64,000 nucleotides of DNA, taken from contig NC_042998.1 in the NCBI RefSeq assembly GCF_006345805.1, forward strand, positions 149,110,001 to 149,174,000, read 5' to 3'. Positions 27,672 to 43,587 of the stretch are shown here, in pieces. The DNA is from Octopus sinensis (Eukaryota). A program made the position numbers and the translations under genes. The notes beneath the pieces were generated by a model. That model did not search any database and was not told where the DNA came from. It was given only the letters and a program-made list of their open reading frames with translations. The first letter of the stretch is position 1, and every line of letters starts with the position of its first letter.

Positions 27672-28816
27672 TATTGTTCAAATGTAATCTCTGACTGTGT
27701 GGTGTCTACACTTCCTCAACCAGGTGTGGTTGAGTGAGTTAAAAAGTCTACTTGGTAATCATGAATGCCAAGTTTAATCTTAATCCGCGGCACCTTGGAA
27801 AAATGTCCCCTACCGTAACCTTTCTGACCATTCAAACTATATGAAAGAAATTCGGTTTTGTATGCACAATAAAAGACTATAAATGTTACATGAAATTTGT
27901 GAGGCAAGCTCTAGGAAACGAAAGAGTAATAATATTAATGAGCCTATTTTATACAGTACTCAGGTTCTCTACAACTCCTCAGAAAAGTTTAAATGACGGG
28001 AGAGAGCAGACAAATAAGTCAAAGAAAGGAAGACAGCAATGAATGCTAGAAAGTACATACACAATACATAGACTAAAACATAAAAAGATAGGAAAGTAAA
28101 GCGGAATAGACGCATAGGTAAGGCAGTGTAGGTAAATTTCAGGAAGCATAGAATAAGCTACCCGCATCTGTTGTTAACCACAGATGCAGGTAGTTTATTC
28201 CAAGCTTCTGCAATTTTTAATGTGAAAAATTATTTCCTAACGGAAATAAAAAAGAACAGTTCAGCAATTTAAACGTTGCTGTGCTGTATTTTATATTTGA
28301 TTAGCGGGTCTCCTGGTGCTGAATTCAAAAACCTGGTCAAAGATGTTGTTGGAAAGATTGTGGATAATCTTGTTGGATTCGTGAGACTTTTTAAAAATCC
28401 AAAGACGAATGGATCGGAAGTTAGATATTAAAATTGTTGAGAGGCAGAAGGAACCATGCATTGTAGGGCAATGTAGAAATTCGTTCAATAGATTACGTCT
28501 GGGATTTAAACTACCACACACAGCATCTCTTATGATTTTATCGGAAGATCAAGTTAAAGTACCTGCGAAATATTCTTCTACTTATGATGTAATTCACCTA
28601 TTAAGCAAGATATACATACAGCTATATATTTGTATGTATATGTGCATATATGTGTATGTATGTGTATGCGCATGTGCTTCGCATCTGTGTATGTTTTGGG
28701 GAATGTTAAAAAAGATCTGATACCGGTTTCAATTGTTTAAAGAGATTTAGTCATGCAATAAACATAAATACACGTATATCTTTATATATAATTACATGTG
28801 TTTTTTTCACTCTTCT

Positions 28817-29040
28817 TTTTACTTGTTTCAGTAATTAAGCTGCGATCATGCTGGGGCACTACTTTGAAGAACATTAAGTCGAATGAATCGACTTCAGTAT
28901 TTGTTTTCTTTTAAGCCTGGTACTTATTCTATTGGTCCCTTTTGCCGAACCGCTGTGCTACGGGAGACATAAACACACCAGCACCGGTTGTCAAGCGATA
29001 GAGATGGGAGACAATTACAAATACAAAAACGCACACAGAT
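28817..29040 (-). mobile_element. SINE family B 3' fragment
   Basis: TTTTACTTGTTTCAG...GTACTTATTCT...GCCGAACCGC...CCGGTTGTCAAGCG. Confidence 0.7.
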
Positions 29041-29747
29041 ATAGCTACACACACGCACATACATACTTACACGCATAATTACGACGGAATTCTTTCAATT
29101 ACCTCTCTGTCTCCGCATACACACATACATACACAGAGACACATACACATAGATATATAAAGTTTCTAATTGTCACGAAAAAGATAAGATTATCTAGCCT
29201 CAAAGCCGTTGTTTATTGGGTTGTTGGTAAACTAACAAGAAAATCCGTTAGACCTGCGAGGTTCGTGAAAGGAAATTTTTTTTAATGTATATAAAAACGC
29301 AGTGTGTCAGGAATAAGGATCGTGTTTTATTATTCTTGGTATTAAGAAAGCATGAACTTGAGGTTGTAGTATATGCCTATTCACCTGTAACAGCAACAAG
29401 AACCACACCTATGTAGATGTAGAAACAACACCACAAAAATAACCTGAGGTAGAATCTGTAGAAATATATTCATAGGCTGCGGCTGAAGCAAAAAAGAATA
29501 GATATCAAAGAACTGCATCAGGAATAATTGTACCAAAAGAAGGAACAACGAAATTAAGAACAGTAAAACCAAAAAGAAAAAAAAGATATCAGTGACGTTA
29601 ACAATAACAACGACAGCTGCATATCTTGTAGCATAGACCGCAACAGCTGTGACAACAATAGCAACAACAACATGGACGACATTTTCTACAGCAATCGAGA
29701 TGATACACCTCCTTCTCCGCCTCCTACCACAACACCACCACCACCAT

Positions 29748-29848
<101 letters not shown>

Positions 29849-29952
29849 GCAACAACAACAATACTATTTATAATGATAAAATGGGGATGATGGTAATAAC
29901 AACAGTTGTTATCATTACCATCATTGTTATAATAATAATAATTATTATTATT

Positions 29953-30030
<78 letters not shown>

Positions 30031-30081
30031 ATGTCATTGTTACTGCAATTGTTATTATGACTCTTATTTATATTGGTATTA

Positions 30082-30118
<37 letters not shown>

Positions 30119-30615
30119 TTTATTAATATCATCATCTTTATAATCACCACCACCACTACCACCAACACCACCACCATCACCATCATCATCATCACCATAG
30201 TCTTCGTCGCCGTCGGCGCCGCCGCCACAGTCGTCGTCATTATCAGTACTCTATCAATTCTCATCCGGATCTGTTCTTGCCATTTACAAAATGTTCGCCG
30301 TAAATACAGGCTCCATCACCATCTCTAGAGTATAATTAAAGTTTCATTCTTATTCTTCAACACTGAAAATATACATACAGCAAAGTCTATGCCACCCACC
30401 CAACTCTCATGCGCTTCTACACACTGAATTACATAGCAGGCGAGCGGAAATGAGATATTGAAACTGGTTCAATATGGCCGCCACTGTTGTTGCAACTAGT
30501 CTTATCTGTGAAATTGGTTGACATAATAGATAGAAGCAAAGATAGAACAGTGGACAGACAGACAAACTGATAGACAGACAGACAAGCACACAGAAAGACA
30601 GGCAGACAGACAAAC

Positions 30616-30706
<91 letters not shown>

Positions 30707-30814
30707 ACGACGACGGACTGATACGTAAACAGATCAGTAGATAGACAGATGGATGGACAGATAGATAAATATATCCATACATATAAACATGCATATATAC
30801 ATATATGCATACAT

Positions 30815-31660
<846 letters not shown>

Positions 31661-31661
<1 letters not shown>

Positions 31662-31869
31662 CAGAAATGTAACCGCACGTGATTGTTGGTGATTCGTTTT
31701 CCCTTCTTCGTCTTGGACTATCCTATTTTCCCTGTTTCCGAAGAAGTGCTATGCTCAAAACGTAAAACTACTACTCTTTTCCTTCTCTGGGCGTCTTATT
31801 AATACATTGCTTGTTCTACGTTCACACGTTTGTTTTTCTTTTTCTTTTCCCTCTGTTTTTTCAATTCAC
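31661..31869 (+). mobile_element. Second copy of the ~210-bp pLTR-like element, with a mutated minimal hammerhead (31734-31768)
   Basis: Homologous to 7735-7948. Stem I GTTT/AAAC is perfect, but the core reads CCGAAGA and AAAAC. Confidence 0.6.
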
Positions 31870-34430
31870 TATACACACACACACACGTATATACTTATAT
31901 ATATCTATATACATAAAACATGCATACATACATACATACATACATACCTATATATACAGACACATATATATACATACATACATACATACATACATACATG
32001 CACACATGCATACATACATACATACATACATACATACATACATACATACATGCATACATACATACATACATACATATATACATCGACAAACTTAGGTACA
32101 TACCTAAATGAACAGATATAAAGGATAAACTAGTTGATAAAAAGGTAAAATTTATATATTGAATAATCTGAAATACACCCTTATAAATAAATATACTGGG
32201 TGGTCCAGATTAAACGACTAGATTTAAGTCATTCGTATATCCAGTAATACTCCATATATTCCCATAAAACTTTCACGTAATATCCACGATTGCATGTAAT
32301 TTACCGTTTAGCTATAACTTCATAATTCTATGATTTTATAAATATTGTAAATATGTATTTGTATAACTTTAAAATTATTTTATTTAAAGATGCTTTCACT
32401 GTGTGTACGCTTGTATGAAATGGACTGTTTTGTTCAATTGGATGAAGGCTTCTGTGTTTTTGCCACTAAAGCATCAATTCTGTGCAATTACTTGATATAC
32501 TACAAGAGCAGTTTTAGTGGGAAACCGAACGTCTTCGTCTTGCAAGGGATCTGATCTTCAGCAGGTTAGTGCACTGCTAGACGAAGTCGTCATGAATGAA
32601 TGAATCGTTGAATGAAAAGTTTCTTGACATATGGATGTGTGGTAGATCAGTAATCCTTTTATATCCCACAAGGTACTTCTAATTCCATTCTCTTGGGATA
32701 CCGCAACCCATTCTTGTGATAGCAGGACTGAAAGCGCATATTATGGCTACCTTTACATAGATAAGAATATCAGATCCCTCTGCTAGAATATCATGGAAAA
32801 CTGAAGGAACTCATGTAATTCGGACCTTGCCGAGGTTCACTATTTAACACAAAATTATTATTTTTTGCCATGAATTTCATTATATTATGAATTCTGTGTA
32901 CTAAATTTGAATATATCAAATATTAATAAAGATATGACGTATTAAAATCAACCATTTTTATATTGATCATAGTATATATCAGAACTGTGACTGTTGAATA
33001 ATAATGTAGGAAGTTGTTTAACGTGTTTTTTCAACAATGTTTTAGAAACCATAGAATTGCGTTCCTTGAGTAAGATTTTATACTCAAAGAACGAATTATA
33101 GTTATATTTTGCAGGTAAAGGCAACTTTGAGATTGCAGAGTTCTTATATGATTGGCGTGAAGCTGAAATTTGGTTATCAATGTGAAGTTGTCAAAACTTC
33201 TAGAACCTTCAGCAGAACTATTTGGCATGAAACTTCACAAAACTTACTTTCAAGTCTACCAGCTGATGTGATTGGTCGAACTATGTTCACGTAGATGTCA
33301 ATGCCTTTTACGGCGACATATCTGATTTCTCGTTGCTGGCCTTTGAGTTAGGTCTGATTATAAACTGGTGACTTGAGCGAGACGTTTCAAAAGTCGGCAG
33401 AATACTCACTACATGAGTTTTACTCTTATTCAAGGAAGAAAGGACAGCATCCATGAATCTTTGAGGACCTCCTAAACAGGTTTGAGGAAGGGTTGGCAGT
33501 TATTGTAGAGGGGAGGCCGACAACAGAGTGAATTCTACTAAAGTTACCCAAAAATCAGATGTCGGTTTGAACGATTGACGTAATAAGTCTAACATTCAAG
33601 AACGAGAACATAAAGAACCGTAGAAAATACCACAAGGTATCACAATCGATTCTGTATTCACAATTTACTGTCCTGGGGTGGTGCATTGTTCTCTCAACCC
33701 TGAAAGAATGAAAGACAATGTTTGAAAGAATTCCGAATGACTGAAGATGGTGTAGGCATACAATTAAATATCAAGTTATTGGATTAGTTAGCGTTTGATA
33801 CAAAAGAATATGAAGCCAATGAAGTGTCACATTTCTTATAATGTTTTGCTTTGTATGGAGAAACGACGGGTGCAGCAGTATTCTAGGTGTGGCCGTACGA
33901 AGGGAGAGAAAATGGGAATGATAACATCTGACTCTCTGGACCGATATGTTATAAGAGTTTAAGAGCTCATCATGTGAGCCATATCGACTTTTCATCGATA
34001 TGGGTACTCCAGTGAAGACTATTGCCAACAACCTCTCCTACGTTCCTGCTATTATTGGAAGCTGTGAGTGGTTCTCCCGAACGGAGACAGTATGGTTGTT
34101 TGAGCGTATTTTATTTTCCAAAGAAGCGGGGGTGAGTTCAAATATTCTCTAATTTAACATGTTTTTGTTTGCCCATTGACTCGTAGCATGTAGATCAAAC
34201 TTGAGTTTAGTTCGGTCTACGCTTTCTGTAAGGTTTTGAAGCTTGGAGCAGTCTGCGAATAGTTTCATTTTGTTGTGCTTCATATTTCATATGTCGTTCA
34301 TATGTGGACAGTAAATAGAACAACATCTGATATAGTCCTCGCATACACCACTGTCTACATCCATCCATTCATACATGTAGGCATGCATACCTATATACAT
34401 ATATAAACACCCCGTACACACACACATATA

Positions 34431-35296
34431 TTAGGGGTTACCCCAAGACAACAGGAATTTTGCAATAATGTTTTATTCACTTAGTTTTACATGTTTACGC
34501 TTTTATCGCCTATAAAGTATTCTCCATCTGAAGTCATGCATCGGTCCAGACGCGTTTTCCACTGTTTGAAGCAGTACGGGAACTCTCGCAAAGTGAGTGA
34601 TGACTTTTAACGCCTCCGTCGTTATTTTTCTTCATCTCTTCCAAATTTCGTAACACCAGCTTTCGTCCGGAACAACTTCCAACTGTTCTTTCAGTTCACG
34701 ACGCGCATTCAATCGTGACTACTTTTGATCTTCTGTGAGCAAGGGAGGCACATATATTTGCTGTAACTCTTTTCAACCGCAGTTCCTCGTTCAAAATTCG
34801 TTGGCAGGAGCTCCAGGACACACCAATCTTATCAGTTGTTCAATGACGGTCCTTCAAGATCAATTCATGAATTTTCATGATGCTTTCATTCGTTCCAGAG
34901 GTCGACGGTCGCCCTGAACGAGTTTGGTCCTCAAGTGACAAGTGACCACTCCTAAAGCGTGAAAACCACTCGTAAACTTGTGTTTTGCTCATGGCACCGT
35001 CCTTAAAGCTGTATAAAGTATGACAGCTTTTTAGGCCGCCATTTTCCCAAGCAGAAAACAGAATTTCACGGGCTCACGTTATTCTTTCGTTTCAGCTATT
35101 AAAAAAAATCGACGAACACGGGAGAAGCAGTGCAAAAAAAAATACGCACCACGTGATACTACGAGCTAAGCAGATGACGCCGGTCAGCAGACTGATGCCT
35201 GAGGGTCGCATCAAGTGTTTTTTTGCGGTAGAAGCTTGAACTACAATGGACTTGTCCCACAGAGAACGTTTCCGATTACTTTTGGGCACCCCTTCC
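34431..35296 (-). mobile_element. Internally deleted mariner element
   Basis: Degenerate TIRs (AGGGGTTACCCCAAGACAACAGGAA vs AGGGGTGCCCAAAAGTAATCGGAA), TA flanks. Minus strand encodes MSKTQVYEWFSRFRSGHLSLEDQTRSGRPSTS...DESWCY joined to the C-terminal segment. Confidence 0.85.
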
Positions 35297-35903
35297 TATA
35301 TATATATATATAAATATATATTCGAATACATACATACACATATGTAAGTATGTATGTATGTTTGCGTGTGTGTATACCTTTCTTCCGGTATCTGTACAAT
35401 ATATTAGGGAATGAGATATATATTTTATACAGACATTATATATGAAACCCTTACTCAGTAAAATACAAAAAGTCATAACAGTTTCACTTTCTGTTCCTTC
35501 GTATTATCGTTTTTATTTTGTTTTCAATCTCCTAGTATCCTTCCTTCAGTTCCTGGTGAAACTACTATTACCAGCTGGTGGAAAAGATATTTTATCTCAG
35601 ATTATATTTGATATTACGTGTTATAAGTAGAATATATTTACAAATGAACCATCGAGGCATTTACTACGTGGTTATCCAACCGGCTCGAAACAGCAGTCAA
35701 ACATTACGAAAGAGACTCAACATAAAAGAAGCAGAACGAATGTACATGATAGGCTTGATATCAGGCAATGAGTGAATGAATGCCACACACATGCATTGAG
35801 AGAAAAAGAACAATAGAAACAGAGGAGGGGAATAGAAAACGTTCACACGCACATACACACAGGCATGTACATAAACACACACACATGTACAAAAACACAC
35901 ATG

Positions 35904-35936
<33 letters not shown>

Positions 35937-36950
35937 GTATATATACATAAATATACATATATATACATACATATATATATAAATATATTATATATATATA
36001 AATGTATATATGCATGTATGTATGTATGTATTTATGTATGTATGTATGTGTACAGTTTATTCGTTTGTAAGTCGATTATAGTAAAAACAATTGAACATTA
36101 AACTGAATATCACTCGATGTGTTTTCTTGAGTATATAGCCTTCAGCCGACGAAGGCTAACAGTCTGAAACTTCGAAGTCATTGTCATCATCCCACTTCTT
36201 GTAAAGCACTACACACACACACTCGTGTGTGTACGGTGTGTATACACATACATGCATGCATAATAAATACATACATAGATAATGATAACCAGAGAGATAT
36301 ATATCTAGCTGCAAAGAGTTTTCATTTGTCAGTCGTTAGAGAACCACCTGTTATGTTCGAACGTATCATCAGAAACAGTTTGAAAGCCACACGTAGTTTT
36401 AGAGACAGTGAAGATGTTAAATCTTATAATATACATGACACGGAATAAAACGAGTCACATCAGGTTTATTTAGTTTTTAATGTTGGTTTTTCTGAACTCA
36501 GACTTGTGACATTCCCTTCCACATGACCTACAGCTTGAAATGTTTCAATGTTTGGTGTCCTCACAAATTGACCTGCGATACGCATCCATTGGTCTTACTA
36601 AATAATTCGTAGTAAATTGGGATGCAGATTGAAGAATCGTATTTGATGTTGAGATGGAATTTTATCTGCATGATGCTGCAGCTGGTGCACTACTTAAGGG
36701 AGAATATCTCAGAATGGCATATGGACAGTTCTATCATGTTCTTTGAATGATAACCACTGGAGATATCATATGTCAAAGATCTTAATCGGTGAATACACGT
36801 ACAGTCATAAATACACGCACTCTTTCATTCAACCCTCTCTTCCTCCTCTTCCCGTATACGAATGCGTGCGTTTATCTATACTTACATTAATCTTTCTCTC
36901 TCTCTCTCCCCCCTCTCTCTCTCCCCCCTCTCTCTCTCTCCCTCTCTCCC

Positions 36951-36981
<31 letters not shown>

Positions 36982-37121
36982 TGCATATACACACACATAC
37001 ACATAGAAACATAGATACATACATACATACATACATACATACATACATACAGACAGACAAACACTATGAAATGATGTTTGAACTGATGTGAATATATATA
37101 TTATATATATATATATGTATT

Positions 37122-37162
<41 letters not shown>

Positions 37163-37208
37163 TATATATATATACATGTATATATATATACATGTATATA
37201 TATACATG

Positions 37209-37338
<130 letters not shown>

Positions 37339-37521
37339 TGTAAGTATATAGACATGCACATACAAAATGAGTCCAGCATTAAATTAAGGGATATTTTCAG
37401 TCGAGTGACATATGATGTTTCAAAGGAAAATTTAACAGTGATTTCGAAGTATCGGTTTGCTTACCTTCATCAGATAGTCTCATGATGCATATACATGCAC
37501 ACACACACACACACACACACG

Positions 37522-37562
<41 letters not shown>

Positions 37563-37677
37563 GCACACACACGCACACACACACACGCACACACGCACGC
37601 ACACACACATACACACGCACATACGCACACACGCACACACACACTCCACACACACACACACTCACACACACACACAT

Positions 37678-37723
<46 letters not shown>

Positions 37724-38993
37724 TATATATATATATATATAACATTTTTATATTTGATCGAGTCAGTCCCTGGCTACGCAGGCCACTACTTGCCTGAAAA
37801 ACCTGTGCATCAACCAAAATACAACTTATTAATCATTACTATGGTATCAAGCACTCCTTTTTTTCCGACAGTTAACAACACTAAGCGGATATATATATAT
37901 ATATGAATGTGTGCATATAAGTATGTATATATGTATATGTGTATATAGGTACATACACACACACACACACACAAACATACACATACACACACACACAAAC
38001 ATACACACACACACACATCTTGCTTTAAAAAATGAACAGCGAATATAAAAGACACATGAGAAGGATCACATTAAATTGACTGTGCACACGGTGCCACACT
38101 ACCCTTCACTCTCTCTCCCCCGACCATTCTTCCGTTCTTCCTGTTACCCCTCCACTCTTACCACCATCTGACACCCCCACCTCCTTCTCCACCCCGCCAT
38201 ATTCCACTTGTCACAGAGGAGAACCGTAAAACACTGTTTACTTCCTGGCATCGAGTTCAAGTGCATTCGTTATTCGGTGCAACCATGACAACCGACCGTA
38301 AAATAACGACAGGAAACAAGTGCGTTACCACCGCTGCTATTTTCCACCACTCCCACCACCACCACCATCACCACTTCCACCGAAGCCGCCGTCGCTACTA
38401 ACAACAACAGTAACAACAACTACATCACCATTATCCCTAACACCACCGCTAACGATACCTCTGTCAGAATTACCATCACCGATACCATTTCTACCAATCA
38501 CCACCACCAACAGCAAGATCACCATCTCTAACATCGTCAACACTTCCACTCCTATCAGATCAATGATCACCAGCATTACCACTGACATTACTTCTATCAC
38601 CACCAGCACCACCATCACCACCACCGTCACCATCATCATCTCCCCAATAACCCATTGTCAACACCATCCTCCCCACACACTGCCACCACCGCCAACATCA
38701 CTACAACCACCACTAACAACAGCATCATTGCGAATGTCACCGATATTATTAGTATGACCAACACCACGAAGACAGCCCGCCACGACCATCACCACCACCA
38801 CCACCACCACCACTACTACTACCACTATTATGTGGTGGCTCTACTCGTTAGAAAAGCAGCCAAACTCCCTTTAAATTGCAACCACCTTAACAATGGAGGA
38901 CAAACTGGGTAATCTAGTACCAGAAACACATGACGGGATGATCACGTTTGGAACAGTTTTAAGCATCGTTCAAGAAACAGTAACAGCAGCAGC

Positions 38994-39026
<33 letters not shown>

Positions 39027-39689
39027 TACTACTACTACTACTATATTACTAACACCAACACCACCATACCACCGCACCACCATGCCACTGACATCAGAAG
39101 CTTCCACAGGGTAAAAAAACACTACGACCAAATCGTAATCCCCATGATCATTCTCAATACCAAGACCTCCACCACCATCTTCCTACACCGTCACTATCAC
39201 CATATGCTGCCACGCTGAAGTTATCCGACCCCAAAGCCAGCAAGTTGTCTGAACTCGTCATTTTCTCAAGACAGGTTTCGCAAGGACCGCTGTCTCCCAC
39301 TCACCCTCAAAGCAATAACACCAAATGTATACTACAGCACCCCACCTCCACAGCCCCACCACAACAACAACCATCAGCAGCAGCACCATCACCACCATCT
39401 CCACTACAACCACCATCACCACACCACCACTAAAGCGACTATGATTACAAACACCACTACTACCACCACCTGTACCAGCATCACCACCACCACCACCACC
39501 ACCACCACCACCATCATCACCTGTACCAGCATAACCCACTACTATCACCAATACTACCACTACCACTGGTCTTATCCCCACAACCATTATGGTGCTACTA
39601 CGACACAACTACCACCGTTACCACTACCAAAGCTGCTAGAAATAGCAGACAAATATCCCTAAAATCAAGCCTTAGTATTTTAGAAAACG

Positions 39690-40437
39690 AAGGACATACT
39701 GGAAAATGTAATATCAGATTTATAAAAAGGCGAAATGGTCATAGATGGTTTGTCTTTAATGTTGAGTCTGTTCTAGTTTGTAGTTAAACAGGAATAATAA
39801 TGAGGGAACCTGCAATAGAGTGGATGAAACCATTGCCCATATCACGAATATGACCTTAAACTTGACCAAAACCACTACAAGTTGTAACGACACGGCCAAG
39901 TAGCGAAAGTGCCACATTAGAAACTGTGCGATAATTGGGGGATAGAGAGAGGCAAGACGTGGTATGAGAACATAGCGCACAAAGCGACAAAATTAGAGAC
40001 TAGGAAAATCCTCTAGGATTTCCCAATCCAAACAGATCAGGTGCTAGAGCATAACAGACCGGACTTAGTGGTGGTGGACAAGATGCACCACATGTGCTAT
40101 ATAGTTGACGTTGCATGTCCCTTTGAACCACGAATACTCAAGAAGGAAGGCGAAAAGATAGCTAGAAACAACCCTCTTAAGTACGAAACAGCCCGGCCAT
40201 GGAAAAAGAGAGTGAAGATAGTGCAATTATTGTTGGGTCTTTGGGAAAAGTATCAGAAGGCATCAAGGGGAAAATAAAGGATATTAAAATAGAGTCCCCA
40301 GAAGAACTGTTACAAAAGGTTTGCCTCCTTGGCACCTGAAAAAACGAATAGCATGGTACCGTAGGCTGCATGTAGTAAGCCCGCTACGCATGCAAGATTC
40401 AAGGAGCTCAAACGAAACCTGTGATAAAGAGATGATG
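39690..40437 (+). pseudogene. R4/Dong-like LINE 3' end (RLE endonuclease) followed by an (AAT)n tail
   Basis: DFPIQTDQVLEHNRPDLVVVDK...IVDVACPF...KEGEK...LQKVCLLGT. (AAT)n at ~40438-40508. Confidence 0.85.
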
Positions 40438-40440
40438 ATA

Positions 40441-40508
<68 letters not shown>

Positions 40509-40639
40509 GCAACAAAACGGCAATAGCAAACCTAAGGATGACCACTCACGAAGGATAGGGTGCCAAATTTCTGGCTCGCATCGCTCTCGCGCGCACACGA
40601 AAAGTTAATTCAGCTACTCAATGAAATTATGAGTCCTAA

Positions 40640-42680
40640 GAAAACGATTGGTTAGCAAGTGGTATTACTTCCTTACCTTTAAAGAATAATGAAACCAAAT
40701 TTCCCCCAAACTATCGGCCTATAACCTGTCTATTTACCACGAATAAAATATCAACATCCATCCTCGTGGAGAATACATACAAATTTATGGAACAAAACGA
40801 TATTTTTCCTAGTGAACAAGAGGGTGCCGACGAGGCTCATATGGATGCAAAGATCAACTCCTAATCAATCGCATAATCCTTGAGAACTGTCATTACAAAC
40901 GCAGAAATCTTTGTTGTGCATGAATTGATTATATAAAGGACTTCGATAGCATACCGCATTCATGGATCTTGAAATCACTGGATATCTTCAAAATTTCTCA
41001 TGTGATTTCAAGCTTCCTGAAGCACATGTCAGTGTGGAATACGAATCTCCAATTATACCACTCTAATGGAGTACTGACTTCAAACAATATTAATATCAAC
41101 TGTGGCATTTTCCCAGGTAACTTGCTTTCACCTCTAATTTTTTGCATAGCATAACCCTAATACTCTTTACAAGTGAACTTAACAGAACAGGGTATGGGTA
41201 TAACATTGACAAGAAAATAAGTCATCTATTTTATATGAATGACTTTAAAACTCTATGGCAAAGACAATAACGAGTTTGAAGTCCTACTAGGTACTGTGAA
41301 AGCATACAGTGATGACATCGGGATGGAATTTGGAAAGGGAAATTGAAGTGGTATTAGATGTTGACAAAAGATCAGGAACAAACCTACAAATACCTTAGAA
41401 TAAATGAGGGCTCTGGCATTCAACGTGCAAGCATGAAAGGAGATCAAAAAGGAATGTTATAGGAAAGTTCAAGCAGCCATGAACTGAGTTAAATACACGT
41501 AACATGGTGTTTGCCATAAATTCCTTAGCAGTTCCAGTTGTTATTTATAGTTTCAATGTATTGAACTGGAATATCAGCGAAATAAAGAAAATTGACAGGA
41601 AAATCTGTAAGCTACTAACTTGCAATAAGATGCACCACCCAAAGGCAGACACAGATCGTCTTTACCTTCCCAGTACCCAAGAAGGTCGAAACTTGATCCA
41701 ATTTGAAATCTCTCACAAAACTATTGGACTGGCCAAATATTTTGAAATACTTAACGACCTGATGCTAAAACTCGTTGACGTAAGAAGTTCCAATCTGTCA
41801 TGAAGGAGAGCAAACAATTTGCTAGTGAGTTCCTTCGTAATACTCAGGTTAAACAGCCTGATGGAAGTGCAGCAACTATTGTTGCAAAGAAAGTGAAATC
41901 AATGGCAAAGAAAAAGGCGTTTGAACAATTGGCTCTTAGGGGGGACTTTGCATGGCAAATATGTAGCTCGTAGCAAACTAATTGATGTAGACCAGAAGCA
42001 CCCATCAGGGCGACAGATCTCAGGGCTAAAGGCAGAGGGCGAAGACCTTATCTTAGCTTATGAAGATCAGAGATTATTGAGTTGTAATACCAAGCCAATG
42101 TGATGAAAAATGTAATAGACCCAAAGTGCTGCTACTGCAACGATGAGATTGAAACAGTGGACCATCTAATCTCTGGGTGTAAATTTTTGTATCTACAGAG
42201 TAAAATCAAGACAAGACAGAGTTGGCCAATATCTACACTGGATAATATATCGGCATTATAAAATCAAAACTGGCGACAAATGATTCAAGCACCATATACT
42301 GAGGGAGAAAATATAACGATTCTTTGGGGCTTTCCAGTACATACAGAGCAGACCATCAAAGCTAATAAGCCAGATATTGTTGTGAAAGACCAAAACAATA
42401 AAGTCTGTTTATCGATTGACATGAGCATACCTTGTGATCATATCTCGGCAAAAGAATTTGATAAGCTCGGAAAATATAAAGATTTGTTGATTGAAATTGA
42501 AAAAATGTGGCATCCCAAAACAGTTACAGTACCAGTGATTGTAGGAGCACTTGGAATGATCAAAACAGGAACTGAAAATTATTTGAGGATCCCCCCTAGC
42601 TTACCATCCATGCAAGAAGTGCAAAATGTTTTAACTGGTACGTCACACGCATTAAGAAGAGCATTGTCGCTGTCAATTTT
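40640..42680 (+). pseudogene. R4/Dong-like LINE remnant (RT, CCHC knuckle, RLE)
   Basis: NYRPITCL, IDYIKDFDSIPHSW, GIFPGNLLSPLIFCIA, HLFYMND, MHHPKADTDRLYLP, CCYCNDEIETVDHLISGC and NKPDIVVKD...IDMSIP...VIVGALG. Confidence 0.9.
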
Positions 42681-42962
42681 AACTTCCTTTTTTCCCCTTT
42701 ATATTCTTTGTTTTCTTTTGTCCTTTTTTTCTTCTTTCCTTTTTCTTTCTTCCTTCCCCTTTTTTCTATCGCATGACTTTGTGAACTGGCAGAATCGTTA
42801 GCTTGCCGGGAAAAATACTTAGCGACGTTTCTTCCGTCATTACGTAAATGAACAATTTTGTGTGTTTATTTTAACGACCTATTAATGTTTACAGTGAGCT
42901 TCTTTGCCCTATGTGTCAGGGAGACACTCAGCACGAAATGGAAACAAAATTGAAAGAAGACG

Positions 42963-43079
<117 letters not shown>

Positions 43080-43080
43080 A

Positions 43081-43520
43081 ATGCTGCTGTACCAGGCAGA
43101 TTTGCTTGACAGTTACTTGAGCTTAACCAGTTGACCATGTCCCTTAGTGGCTGACGATATGTGCATCTCTGATCACGAGCAGAATTAGTGGGGGAACATC
43201 ATAGCCATGTGTTGAGAGGGATTCTTTGGGGTTTGAATAATTCACCTCTGGAAAAATGGGTGTTTCGTTCAACATCCTTAAACTACCCTTATTCAGGGAC
43301 ATTTTGAGCGGAATGGGCTACTCGACCAGAAGACAATTCTAATTGGGCCCCGTCTGCAAGGTTATGTGCTATTTATCTTGATATGAGTTCACCATGTCGC
43401 ACATATATGGTTATGATGCATGTGCCTAGTGTACTCTTATCAGACGGGTAGTCATGATGGGTATACTGAGCTTCGTATATTCTACCCCAGTGTCACTTTG
43501 ATGGTAATAATAATAATAAC

Positions 43521-43587
<67 letters not shown>

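Noticed and set aside
30445-30485. GCGGAAAT and CAATATGGCCGCC as an ETS/YY1 promoter
   Set aside because: Imperfect matches, no CpG island and no downstream exon.
35680-35705. CGAAACAGCAGTC as a hammerhead 3' half
   Set aside because: No CTGANGA or pairing partner found upstream.
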